64,000 bases of DNA, taken from positions 108,562,001-108,626,000 of the forward strand of contig NC_042999.1 in assembly GCF_006345805.1 (NCBI RefSeq), read 5' to 3'. Source of the DNA: Octopus sinensis. Taxonomy: Eukaryota. How positions within the stretch are numbered: the stretch's first letter is position 1; the number at the start of each line of letters is the position of its first letter. A model generated the notes under the pieces. The model ran no database searches and was not told where the DNA came from. It saw nothing but the letters and a program-made list of their open reading frames with translations. Below are positions 24,663 to 36,734 of the stretch, in pieces. Made by a program: the position numbers and the translations under genes.

Positions 24663-25076
24663 ATCATCATCGTTTAGCGTCCGCTTTCCATGCTAGCATG
24701 GGTTGGACGGTTCAACTGGGGTCTGGGAAGCCAGAAGGCAGCACCAGGCCCAGTTTGATCTGGCAATGTTTCTACAGCTGGATGCCCTTCCTAACGCCAA
24801 CCACTCTATGAGTGTAGTGGGTGCTTTTTACGCGCCACTGGCACAGGTGCCAGACGAGTCTGGCAAACGGCCACGATCGGATGGTGCTTTTTATGTGTCA
24901 CCGGCACAGGGGCCAGGCGAGGCTGGCAACGGCCACGAATGGATGGTGCTTTTTACGTGCCACCGGCATGAGGCCAGTTGGGGCGGCACTGGCAACGGCC
25001 ACGAACGGATGGGGCTTTTTACGTGCCACGGCACCAGGCCAGTCGGGGCGGCGCTGGCAATGGCCACGTTCGGATC
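24663..25076 (-). mobile_element. Young 5'-truncated RTE-LINE 3' UTR with four ~62-66-bp repeat units
   Basis: CpG-rich; CCATGCTAGCATGG at 24688-24701; gtgcttttta anchors at 24821, 24884, 24946 and 25012. Confidence 0.92.
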
Positions 25077-25117
25077 AATATATATATATATATATATGGA
25101 AAGCAGACATTAAATGA

Positions 25118-25159
<42 letters not shown>

Positions 25160-25161
<2 letters not shown>

Positions 25162-25348
25162 CTGTTGTAATTTAGTCATCCATAGTCTGATATGATATTT
25201 CGGAATAATATTCTTTCTTCAGATATTCTTAAGATGGAGTCACTATTAGAAAACTGATTATAACAGCGACTCCATCTAAGAATATCTAAAGAAGGAATAT
25301 TATTCCGAAATATCATATCAGACTATGGATGACTAAATTACAACAGGT
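25160..25348. mobile_element. 189-bp near-perfect palindrome (foldback MITE-like)
   Basis: Arms 25160-25244 and 25265-25348 differ by 3 substitutions + 1 indel; 20-nt spacer; set in TA/CA microsatellite. Confidence 0.8.
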
Positions 25349-25449
25349 ATATAGCCCATTGTCTGTATTATAGTGCATTGTTGAACCATTCAAAACTTTT
25401 TATTCTTTACAAACAATGCACAATGCTTCAAGCGAACTACAATACTCTC

Positions 25450-25451
<2 letters not shown>

Positions 25452-25511
<60 letters not shown>

Positions 25512-25530
25512 TATATATATGTATATATAT

Positions 25531-25589
<59 letters not shown>

Positions 25590-25590
25590 C
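25452..25590. repeat. (TA)n/(CA)n microsatellite
   Basis: Direct reading. Confidence 0.97.
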
Positions 25591-26820
25591 AGGTCTATAT
25601 CATTTCCTATAATACTTTTATATTGGCAAATTTTCTTTACAGAAGAATTATATAACCAGTTCATTTGAAAGAACAATCTAAATATTTCCTGGAAACTGGA
25701 TTTTCCTTTATTGTAATACTTAGAGTTTGTTTTTGTTTTTTTCACAACATTTTTGTAATCATTCTCATGGCTGATAATCAAAACATAAAGTATTGGTTAA
25801 CTGCTAATAGTTTTGGAACTCTATCAAGTATTTTAGCTCTGTATATTATAAGGTTCCAAGAAATCTTATCTATAAAACATTAACAGATAGTTTGTGGATG
25901 GTGTATGTAAGAGATGTAACGATATTCCACAAATAGACATAGTTTTGAACTCAAGATTCAGTTTTGGATTACATTCTTGAGTTAAGGGTGTTTACCTCAT
26001 ATTTTCAGATATTATATCAGTCTGTTGTTCATAGGTTTTGGGATAGATTTATAATCAAATACATAGTGCTAATGACAAGCTTAGATGTTCACTCTCATTT
26101 TTTTACAAAAGAATATTGTTTTGCTAAAAGTGTTATAAAATTACTAGTCAACAACACATCTATTTCATTTGTTTCATTTATAAGACATGGATGAATTATA
26201 ATACCTTCTCCTTCTCCTTTATTATGATATTCCATATATGTTAGAAACTGATTTATTTATGGACTTCTGTAACTAACCAGTTCACTGAAATTTCTCTTAT
26301 TTTCACACAGTGTTTTTTGTCCAACTATGTTTATAAAAGAAATGCAAATATTGGTGGTAATTCTCAATTACAAACTCAATATGAATACAGTTTGACACCT
26401 TTCACTACATACCTTCAAATTATACTCCCCCTCTTCCTCCACTTCATCATCCTGATTGTTTTTTTAGTAATAGAACACTAAGAAGTTTTGTAGACCTATT
26501 TATTTTAAAAGATTAATGGCTACCCATCAAGGTAGCTGGCATTGTCCAGACCATAAATAGCAGCAGCACTTACAATCTCTTTGCCTACACTATCACATAT
26601 TTACATCAGCTTTGCTTAATAAATGTGGGTTGAATATATAATCATTTTCCATCATCTTGATTCTATTTTTGTTGTTGAACCCCTATTGAGAAGGGGTCAG
26701 TTTCAAAGTTCTTTTCTCTAAATTTTCTTTGTGTTTTATGCTCCATCAAGCAAAATTTCTCCACCAATTCTTCCATAAGCAATAGTTACCAGATTTTTCT
26801 GACAAATACCAACACTTGCT

Positions 26821-26823
<3 letters not shown>

Positions 26824-26889
<66 letters not shown>

Positions 26890-26902
26890 TGAGAGAGAGA
26901 GA
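26824..26902. repeat. (AT)n followed by (GA)n
   Basis: Direct reading. Confidence 0.97.
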
Positions 26903-27594
26903 TACTTCTACATTTAAATCTGTCTGATTGGAATCATGCTGGCTTTCCAGTACAGAATTTGGAGTTTGCTGATAAAATAATGCATTGATAAAGTTAAGAT
27001 TTTGGAGAAAGAGAGGGAGAGGAGTCTTTTAATGTCTACCTACCCATTTATTGTTTTGGTGTTGTTATTGTATTACACATTATCTTCTTGTACAACATTT
27101 CTTCCTTAAATCACACTTTGGAAATTGACCAAGTATTCTTTATCTAAGACATTTGGGGCTCTTTATTTCTGAGATTTCTCATAGTAAAGCCACTTAACCC
27201 ATATACAAACTTATACATAATTTGGCTAATACTATTCTGTAGTATTGTTATTCACCTCATTTATTCTTATTCTTATACAAACATTTAAAAATAATTTTCT
27301 ATGTACAACTTTGCCCTAGTTATTCTGAAATGTTATGTAATTTTTCAGCACAGTCTCCAATATTATTTTTAACATTAATTCTTTTGTATTATTCACAAAG
27401 TTTTTATTCCATATAGAAATGAAACCTTTTGTCCAAAACATGTTATCATTTTTGTTTTAATGGCTTCAGTTTTTGTGTCAATGCTTTAGAATGCAGGTCT
27501 GTGGAATAGATTATATACTGTATCTCTCCACTTACATAATCATCTCCAGGAGTATTGAATTAGATGCATTTTTGTGAAACAGTAAAAGGTTGGT

Positions 27595-27735
27595 TGGTTA
27601 TGGCTTTGTGGTTAAAATGTTTACCAATTATGTGGTTTCAGGTTTGATATCATTGTGCAGCAGCAAGGCCAAATGAGTTGACTAAACTTTGTATGTGTGA
27701 ACTTTGGTCGCAGGAAATTGTGTAGGAGCCCTTCA
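27595..27735 (+). mobile_element. SINE A, decayed
   Basis: ggctttgtggttaaaatgttt..caggtttgat...ttggtcgcaggaaattgtgtaggagccc. Confidence 0.55.
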
Positions 27736-27910
27736 GAAATTACTTCTGTTCTTAAACATTATTATTAATAATCCTCTCACCAATTGAGAAATAAGACCTC
27801 AACAATCAATTACCATTCAGACTGGTTTTCAACTTTTTAACAACTTTTTGTACCTTGTTGTATGTAAGATCTCAGCTGTTCTATATGAGATGATATTTCA
27901 CTATTTAGGT

Positions 27911-28168
27911 CAGTGTTTCTCAACCATTTTTCCCTTATAGAACCCTTTGAGTCCTATTTTATCTGGGTGGACTGTCGCAGCTATTCTATGTTTAAAAAAA
28001 ATTCTGTTAAATTTTTTATAATTAAATATTATTACGAATTGTATGTAAAAAAATCATTAAAATATTTAGTGTATTGTAGAATTATAAGCAATTTATTGCT
28101 CACAAATTTTGACAAAATATCGTATATGGACCTCCAAGGGCTATATGGACCCCAGTTGAAAACCACTG
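27911..28168. mobile_element. hAT (Charlie-like) MITE with 8-bp TSD
   Basis: TIRs cagtgtttctcaac / gttgaaaaccactg; flanks atttaggt (27903-27910) and atctaggt (28169-28176). Confidence 0.88.
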
Positions 28169-29219
28169 ATCTAGGTTTTCACTTTCATGATCATTTTCAT
28201 TTTAATGCTTCTCCTAGTATTCTTCATTGTCCAGTCTGATTGAGTGGCTTAGTCATTTAATTTGCCAGTGTTTCAATTCAAGAAACACACAATTGCAACC
28301 AGTTTTATTGTCCATTTCTCTTCCTTTATAGTCCAACTTTCTTGCTGTTCTCTTTGTGGCTCTGAAAAAGGATCTTAGACACTATCTCCTCTTCATCTGA
28401 CTAGTGATTAAAATAAATAAAACTAACTTCCACATAGTTACAGAATTAGAACTTGGATTTTAATGTCTATGAATTTATCTTAAAATTATTATAAAGAAAT
28501 CAATACTCTGCTTATTATTTTATTTTATCAACTCAGATAAGTGAAGAAGTTTTTTTTAATATGTACTGCATTAATTTATATTCTGATGATTAACTGTTTT
28601 TGTACTGTCCAAAATATTTGATTACTCTTCTGAATATAAAGATATAAAAAAGAATAAAGGGTCAAGCTCTTCTGAAATTTAATAGTTTTCTCAGGAAACC
28701 TTCTTACATTTCTTGAAGATGTAAAGTTATATATATGTCTATCGATAAGATATCAGCAGTATTACTATGTGCATTGATTATATGTAAACAAGAAGAAAGT
28801 ATACTTTGATAGGAGGCAATTAAAATGCATTAGGAGAAAGGTCAAAATGTGGTTCATATTTGTTGTTAATGTAAGACAAGTGAAGATAAAAGCATGTTAA
28901 GAGTGATAATCTTAAGAACTGTTGACTATTTTATCTAAAGTGTCTTTTTTACAAAGCAGAGTGTTAGAAAGTCAAGTGAGAAAGAGCAAGTAACATTTCT
29001 CTTTTTTCTTTTTCTTTAAAAAAAGCAAAATTTTGATGATGAGAGATGTCAAATTCTCACAAAGAAACAATTAGCTTACTTCATCTCATCTTGATACTTA
29101 ATCATTATCGTGACATTTCCTGTCAACTATTGTTTTGAAATTCATTGCTTTAAGATCTACCTGCTGGTGGAGCAGAAAATAGCTAAATTAAAAGAGTTTT
29201 AAGTATTTTGCTCTGATCT

Positions 29220-29352
29220 TGTATGTATGTATGTGTGTATGTATGTATGTGTGTGTGTGTGTGTGCATGCATGCATGCACATATGTACATATGTATGTAT
29301 GCATGCATATATGTATATATGTATGCATGCATGTATGTACATATGTATGTAT
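29220..29352. repeat. (TATG)/(TG)/(TGCA) compound microsatellite
   Basis: Direct reading. Confidence 0.95.
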
Positions 29353-31276
29353 GTCTCTCCTAAAAGAGTTATAATATTTCACAAAGTTAGTATATTGACA
29401 AATAGTAGAACATGTAACTAAATGGCCTTTAGTTTTAGCTTTTTTTTTTCTGGACGTGACATCGTATAATTGAGCATGGTGATGTGTCCAGAAATATCAA
29501 CCATACGAAAATATCATTCTTCAAGATTGCAATTTTCTTTACAAACACACCAAAGTTCTTACTCTTTTACCTTCGGTCACTTGCCTCAGATTTACAATGC
29601 AAGTTCAACACACAGGGTAAAGGGGTCCATAGTTCAGCTGGCTCATTCAATTTCAGTTCAAAATTCAAGAAATATGCTCTAACATCTTACTGATGCTATG
29701 CTGTTGGAAAACAATCCGCAATTATAAAAGAAGAAACCTCAGCTGTGCTTGCATTTGCTGGTACTAACCATATTAAATTACAAGTTTAACTTAGTAATGA
29801 CAGATAACCTAGAAATACAGTATAAAACTTAGTTTTATATCTGAAGATATAACCAATGCTGAAATAAATAAGAAAACACATACTTGTTGTCATTGAGGTT
29901 AGTATTGCATACAAACTAACTTGAGAAAACAGTCCAAGAACGATATATTGCAGTCTGTTCTCCCATTTCTATAACCTTTCAAAGTTTACTGGCTATTCTT
30001 TATAGCTTTTACAACTTTTCTCAGCTAATAACAGTTGTCAGTTAATACTTTCTCTATCTTAAGAACTTACACCAGATGCTATCTCTGTGTTCAGGCAGTT
30101 AATCTGAAAAATATATTTTCTTACTGGGCTGTGTGCTTTATGTTGGTGTGGTTATCTGTCTATTATTAGCCTATTACTTTACAATCTTGTTTTGATTCTT
30201 TCTTTGTAATGTAGCATCAAGGTGGTTGTGGCATATAGACTTTGTAAAAAATAAATGTGACTGATATCTTTAACAAGTTTTGGTGATACTACTACTATTT
30301 TTAATGAACAGAATCATTTGCGACAAAACATAGATACCAGTGGAAATTTCCTAAAATTGTCATCAATGGGTATTTTTTGTATGCTTTGACTATGGTGCTT
30401 TACAACTAAAGTTGACATGTGAGACAAAAACTGACATCACATTTGGAATCAGTACTCTCATATTACCATATGTTATGGCATAAAAGATGCATGGATATAT
30501 TAGATGAACCCCAATTTCAGCCACACATATTCAAGAAAAGTTTTCAGGGTATAAAAAGGACTTGAGTTGATTTTTTTTTAAAGATATTTTTTGAAGAAAA
30601 GAACAAGTACATCTTATATACCATCAAATGTTGTAGCTTACAACTGTCTTCGCTTTTGAAATATAAAAAATAATCAATAAATAAATAAGCAAAATTGTCG
30701 CAGATCAGTGTTATGAATTCACACTGAACATTCAAATGAAGCTCCTACATTAGAAAACATAGATACACAGTGATAACAATAATGAATTAATTACACTTCT
30801 GTAGGAAGTTTGAAAATGTTCATAAGAATAATAGTGGTGAATTACATAATTTTTTCTTTTTATTTCTTTTTATTTTATTTACATACCAACAAAAAAACAG
30901 ACCTCTCCTGATCTTATTGGTAGAATGGTGTGATGAAATTTACACAACAGATGGTTTGTGAACACAGATTTGAGATAGGATAAAATTCAAATATAGATGT
31001 AACAGATATCAATTTTCTACAACTTCAATCTAGGCAGACTTCATATTGTAATAATGTTAAATAATAGTCAACCCAAAAGAGAAAATATAGATAACATTTT
31101 TTTAAAGCTGGTAGAAGTTATTCTACAAAGCTAAAACAATAAGCTAACTGTTAATTGAATGACAGAAAGGGTGAAAAAATGAAACAGGTTAGCCACATCT
31201 GTCTCTGACATTCAAGAGATGAGACAGTCATGTGTTCTCTTAAACAGCTAAAGCATGGTGCATTGACTACTTTTCT

Positions 31277-31378
31277 CTGATTGGCTGAAATAACTCAAAC
31301 GGTAGCAACAAGTAAACTATAATGTCATCTGCATAAAATTATTATAGTTTATATTTTCTATGTACTACCAGATGGCAG
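31277..31378. promoter_or_regulatory. Candidate regulatory module: NF-Y-type CCAAT box + CTCF-like motif
   Basis: CTGATTGGCTG at 31277-31287; CTACCAGATGGCAG at 31365-31378 (one mismatch to CCACCAGATGGCAG). Motif match only. Confidence 0.3.
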
Positions 31379-31551
31379 AGCCCTTCTGACTTACTGACAC
31401 TGTACTTCAAAGTAGTTAAACATGTTCTTCCAATGGTAGGTGATGTAAAGGTTTCAATCTGACAGTAATGCATGCACTTAACAGTAACAAGTTTCAAATT
31501 GCAATATTATTAAGGGTTTGTTATAGAAAATGTTTATCCATATTCCTTATC

Positions 31552-31930
31552 TTTTACTTCTTTCACTCATTTGAATGTGGCCATGCTGGGGCACCACCTT
31601 GAAGGCTTTAGTGGAACAAATTGACCCCAGACCTTTTTTTTATTGTTTTAAAGCCTTGTACTTATTCTATAGATGTTTTTGCTAAACCACTAAGTTATGG
31701 AATATAAGCACACCAACACCAGTTATCACGTGGTGGAGGGGGACAAACATAGATATATATACAAATATGTATATATATGACAGGCTTGTTTCTACCAAAT
31801 ACACTCACAAGGCTTTGGTTGGCCTAAGGTTATAGTAGGACACTTGCCCAAGGTGCCACATAGTGGGACTGAATTGGAACCAAGTGGTTGGGAAGCAAGT
31901 TTCTTACCCTTCAGCCATGCCTGCACCTAT
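31552..31930 (-). mobile_element. SINE A1, full length
   Basis: Reverse complement of the 3441-3803 type, including ccatgctggggcacc 3' block. Confidence 0.9.
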
Positions 31931-32984
31931 ATGTTTGTGTTTATAAACTCAAATGTCTAATTCAATGTTGTAGAAATAGTATTATGTATGTTTTTAAATT
32001 AAAATTTCTTTTGAAAATCATACATGGTAAGATCAAATAATGTTGCTGTTGTAGACAGAAAAGAAAATAGTGTATCTGGTATAGAAAGAAGACTGACAGA
32101 AAACGAGATACACGAATTGATTTCTTGTGCCTTGTTGTTTAAAATTAACTAAAATGAAAGTTCTACATGAAGAAAATGGTTTCTGTAGTATTGACATCTG
32201 CCAAGGAAAAGTGTGATATTACAATTTGGTATTTTATTTAACTAAAAGTAAGAGTGAGAGTAACTAAATGAAAGTAGAAAATCTATTTCCACTGGTTGAG
32301 TTATGTTTAAAAAGAGACAAACAAATATACAGTTTGCTCATGTAGGCTGCTGAGTAAAGAAAATAAATAGCTTTGCATTCTGTTTTATGTAGCCATGTTA
32401 ATTAATGGCTGAGAGTATTGGCTTATTGCTCCAATAAACCAATAAGAAACAGTGAACACAAACTTCATCTGGTTGTATTATGTCTGGTATGAGATCGCTA
32501 CAACCTCTGAAGGAAAAAAAAATATGGACTCTCTTATTTAACTCTGTGAAAATTATACACATACTATGACTTGTTTATTATAAAAGACAAGGTTTTTCAA
32601 AATGATGTTAATTGATAAATAGTGTTACAATTGTTTCATTTATTTTTTAATCTGTGTTCCTATGAATATACTCCTTTTTTCATTTATGGTTATAACGGAA
32701 CCTTTTTTCATTAAAGCGAAAAAAAGAGTAATTTCAGAAGAACACTTAGTACACTTTTCTCCATTTGAAATCTCTTTTGTAAATTGTTAGATAAAGCAAA
32801 ATATTCTTCAGTAGTTATAAATCTGTTGAAAGGATATTGGCCAAATATTCCACATTTAATATTTCCAATTGCCTGATTTGTGTAAGCCTTATTGAAAAAT
32901 TGAGATTATATGCTGATGTACCATTATGCAAAATCTATGCTGAGAATATGGGAAGGTATCAGTGATATGAAAGTTTTTGGTGTT

Positions 32985-33185
32985 GATGCTTATTCCCAGA
33001 CCAGCAGTGATCCAACAGTTCTATTATCAAAGTATTCCAGCCATAACCATCACATATTTTTTCAGGTATCTTCTATCTAATACTGCATTATTTAATATAG
33101 TCTTAGAGATAGTCTTTTTTAAGATAGTAGAATATGTTTTAAAGGAAAGTTGACTGTTAGTTTTAGCAGGTTGAGTGACTACAGA
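32985..33185 (-). mobile_element. Family E
   Basis: ttttagcaggttgagtga = reverse complement of tcaacctgctagaa block. Confidence 0.6.
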
Positions 33186-33261
33186 GAAATTACCTCCCTG
33201 ACTAGCAGCAGAGGAGATGTAGCCACAGATGAGCGAGTAGTTTGTTGATCAGAAAAAAAAG

Positions 33262-33274
33262 AAGAGTGAGAGTG

Positions 33275-33333
<59 letters not shown>
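33262..33333. repeat. (GA)/(GT)n microsatellite
   Basis: Direct reading. Confidence 0.95.
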
Positions 33334-33334
<1 letters not shown>

Positions 33335-33551
33335 TGAATTGAATTGATAATCAATTTCTTGAAAATGTAGTCAATAAATGTTAACAGAATGAAGTCTGAA
33401 GAATCACTTGCCTCATGAGTTATTGTTATATTTTTTATCACACAAAGTTTCTTTAATTCTAACTAAAACAAAAAAAACAATCTTCACGTAAAAAACATAA
33501 CTTCAACTTTTTAAAGCCATGGATTCTTTTATATTTGAGCTTAAATCCACA

Positions 33552-33690
33552 ATTTGGTTAAGAAGTTCACTTCACAATCATGAGGTTTCAAAATCAATTC
33601 CTCTGCATTGCACTTCTGCTGTAGACTTAGGATGACCAATACTTTTGTGAGTGAAATTTGGTGAATGGAAACTGTACAAACCCATGACAT
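33552..33690 (+). mobile_element. SINE A, decayed
   Basis: ggttaagaagttcacttcacaatcatgagg...ttgtgagtgaaatttggtgaatggaaactg. Confidence 0.6.
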
Positions 33691-33806
33691 GGTTGTGTAT
33701 TTATATTTGGGCATGCCAATGTAAATTAGTGCCTAAAGCCACATCGTTTTGCATTAAAAAGCAGCTTAGCCAATCTAATGAGTTGGAGTGTGCCTAAGCA
33801 CTGTAG

Positions 33807-33842
<36 letters not shown>

Positions 33843-33844
<2 letters not shown>

Positions 33845-34045
33845 GGTGGTAAGCCAATAAAATTGTTAGTACACAAAATGCTTAGCAGCATTTCATCCAT
33901 CTTCCGTGATCAAATTCTACTGAGGTCACCTTTGTTTTTCATCCTTTCAGGGTCAATAGGATAAAGTACTAGTTGAGTACTGAGGTTACCCCTCCAATCC
34001 AAAATTTCAGGCTTTGTGCCTATAGAAGAAAGAATTATTATTATT
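33843..34045 (+). mobile_element. SINE B (tail B3) directly after (ATT)11
   Basis: aaggtggtaagcc...aaatgcttagc...ggctttgtgcctatagaagaaagaattattatt. Confidence 0.82.
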
Positions 34046-34649
34046 TGGTTTGACTAAGGATTGACCTTATTCTTGGTAAGGTTTATGTGGATAGCAGGTT
34101 ACTAACTGTAGCCTTAGGTACACACAAGTTTTCAGTCTTTCAAGTGCTTAGAACCCACCTGATAATCCTTGCTCTCCCTACAGAGCATATCAGGACAATT
34201 ACCCGACTAGGACTACAATTGCCCCTCTTGGTTAATTACCCCCTCTCCAATATATTAAGAAGTTTTAAATCATCATCTAAAAGTGCAAATTATATGCGAT
34301 TCCTTGCAAATATTGTGTCACATTTATATTTTCATAATTGCTAACTACAGCATTAATACAGTTTGAAACATCTAAATATTTCTTTCTGGAAATAATCAAC
34401 AACAAACACATTTCATCAATATTAAAGTCTTTATTAGATTAAAAATAGCATTATCAAAACATGAAGATAAAACAAAACAAATATGCTTTACTTTCTTCTG
34501 GGCACCAATGTACTGTAGCAGTAGCCTTTCATGTTGTTCATTGATCAAACTTTCCTCTGAAAAAATCAGTGGAATCATTTGATCTCCATACACTAATTAT
34601 TTTCCTCCTGAAGCTTATAAAAAAATACATTAGGTGCACCTTTCTCTAA

Positions 34650-34891
34650 GCATAGTAGTGGCTGTGTGGTAAGTAGCTTGCTTACCAACTTCATGGTTCC
34701 GGGTTCAGTCCTACTGCGTGGCAACTTGGGCAGGTGTCTTCTACTATAGCATCGGGCAGACCAAAGCCTTGTGAATGGATTTGGTAGATGGAAACTGAAA
34801 GAAGCCTGTCTTCTACTATAGCATCGGGCCAACAAAAGCCTTGTGTATGGATTTAGTAGATGGAAACTGAAAGAAGCCCGTCGTATATATG

Positions 34892-34929
<38 letters not shown>

Positions 34930-35112
34930 AGTGTATCTGTGTTTGTCCCCCCAACATCGCTTGACAACCAATGCTGGTGTGTTTACATTCCCATGACTTA
35001 GCAGTTCAGCAAAAGGGACTAATAGAATAAGTACTAGGCTTACATAATTTGCTTGACGTGCTCCAGTGTGGCCACAGTCAAATGACTGAAACAAATGAAT
35101 AAAAGAATAAGC
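34650..35112 (+). mobile_element. SINE A1 with internal 72-bp tandem duplication
   Basis: Units 34735-34806 and 34807-34878. Confidence 0.92.
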
Positions 35113-35174
35113 CGCACACTAAATTTCCCAGGTAAAAAATAGCAGCTTATAGAGCGGAAAATACAGTACACATC

Positions 35175-35282
35175 GGGGGTTAACTGCTTAGGGATAATTG
35201 ACTTAGTGGCTAATTGTCCTAGGGAGTTTTTGTCCTCAGGGGTAATTGTCCATTGGGGGTGGGGGTAAATGTCCTAGATTCC
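35175..35282. repeat. About six copies of a GG(G/C)(A/T)AATTGTCC-like motif; probable DNA-transposon subterminal array
   Basis: gggataattgac, ggctaattgtcc, gggtaattgtcc, gggtaaatgtcc spaced ~15-20 nt. Confidence 0.5.
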
Positions 35283-35919
35283 TACAGAGCATTCTATTCC
35301 AATCTCCTTCAGCCATTTTTTCGTCTCTTTGCTTACTGTTCCCAATGCACCACCTTTACAGTTCTCATTTTCAAATTCTTCCAATTTTAAGGGGCTGTAT
35401 CCTTTTTGTTCTTCGTCTTCTTTCTTTACGATCCTGGAATCAAACAGGGATGATGGGTCAATTAGTAAGCAACTTTGCTTTTCCTTATCTATAATTGTTA
35501 TGTCTGGTCTATTATTTTCTAACTTTTTGTCTGCTTGAATTGGAAATTTCTCACAAAATCTTAAATTTCTTCAACTCCAGTATTCTTTATTGTTATTATT
35601 ATTTTTATTATTGTTACTATTATTTTTTTTTCCTGGGTTATCTATGTTATGAGTAGATGCAACACTTTCCCTAGCACTTGCGTTTTTTTCTGAGTATTGC
35701 TACCAGCTGTGTACTTTCTATGAAGTTTAATATTTTCAGCTTCACATGTTAGAACACTACTTTCTTTGAGATGGTTCCAAGTGCACCAATCACAATAGGT
35801 ATTGTACTCACTTTTGTGATTCAATGGATGTGCTTCACTTCCAATGCTAGGGTTTGGTACATTTTGTCTTTTTTGTTCTCTGCCTTATTATTATTATTAT
35901 TATTATCATCATCATACAA

Positions 35920-36030
35920 GTAGAGATTGACAAAATAAGTACCAGACTGAAATAGTCCTGCAGCCAATATAAGACCTGTGATCTAGTACTCCTGCATGGT
36001 TGCTAGTTAATGGTTGAAACAAGTGAAAGA
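35920..36030 (+). mobile_element. SINE A1 3' fragment
   Basis: ttgacaaaataagtaccag...ctcctgcatggttgc..ttgaaacaagtgaaaga. Confidence 0.55.
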
Positions 36031-36734
36031 AATTCATAGACTTAGGCCACTAAAATTATGCAGCATTGATTACAAAAAGAATGATTTAAAATTTTTTCTT
36101 TATCCTAAGGTAATTCTTTAGATAAGAGCAATTTGTCTGATAACCTATTATCTTTTAAGGTCACGTAAGTGTGATTTTAACACTAAAAAATAGTTAAAAA
36201 TTTCCGAACAAAAGTTAATTGTAGCCCAAATACATTTTAGTTTATGTTGTTTTAATGAATTTTCATTTTTTTTTTTTCCAAAAATGTATTACAACCGAAC
36301 ACAATTTTAATGACAAAATTTTCAGTGTGAAAAATCAACATTAAAAAATAAAAACCAATTGAGGTCAAATCTAAATGTCTTCATAGGCATTTTTTAATAT
36401 CTATGTAAATTCAGTTTTAACAATTATTAATACAACTTTTTATACTTACAAATTTAAGGAAACAAAAAAGAGCATTAAAAAAATTACATTCAGAATTATG
36501 TTTCTCAAGATATCTATATATTATTTTTATATCATTCTTGTTTCAAAACTGTTTCATGCAGTTTTTGTAAAATTTAAAAACAATTTTTGTATGTGAATTA
36601 AATTACATTTTCTTTTAATATTGAATGCATTTTCTATTTTCCTCCTTTCCTCAAATCCAATTTTCACTATTTTATTGAATTCCTCCTTCAACAGAGCAAA
36701 TAGTATTTCATTTATCTTATCACCAATGATCAAT

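Noticed and set aside
24703-25117. 136-aa GC-rich ORF with repeated GNGHE motifs
   Set aside because: Antisense reading of the LINE 3' UTR minisatellite; the same applies to the ORFs at 46985-47827 and 6288-6529.
16813-25781. Many 60-117-aa ORFs rich in Y/I/H/T/C/V (16813, 22503-22866, 25378-25781; also 29188, 33202, 58973, 62594)
   Set aside because: They are translations of (TA)/(CA)/(TG) microsatellites, which lack stop codons in most frames.
26520-26820. Slightly more complex stretch that might be a decayed coding or LINE fragment
   Set aside because: Manual translation gave no recognisable motif in any frame.
36091-36115. ttttttctttatcctAAG|GTAATT as another ratchet point
   Set aside because: AAG acceptor and weaker donor; within chance expectation. 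The same applies to the minus-strand site near 62065.
36155-36600. AT-rich block starting TTAAGG that resembles a DNA transposon
   Set aside because: No matching terminal repeat or second copy was found in the window.
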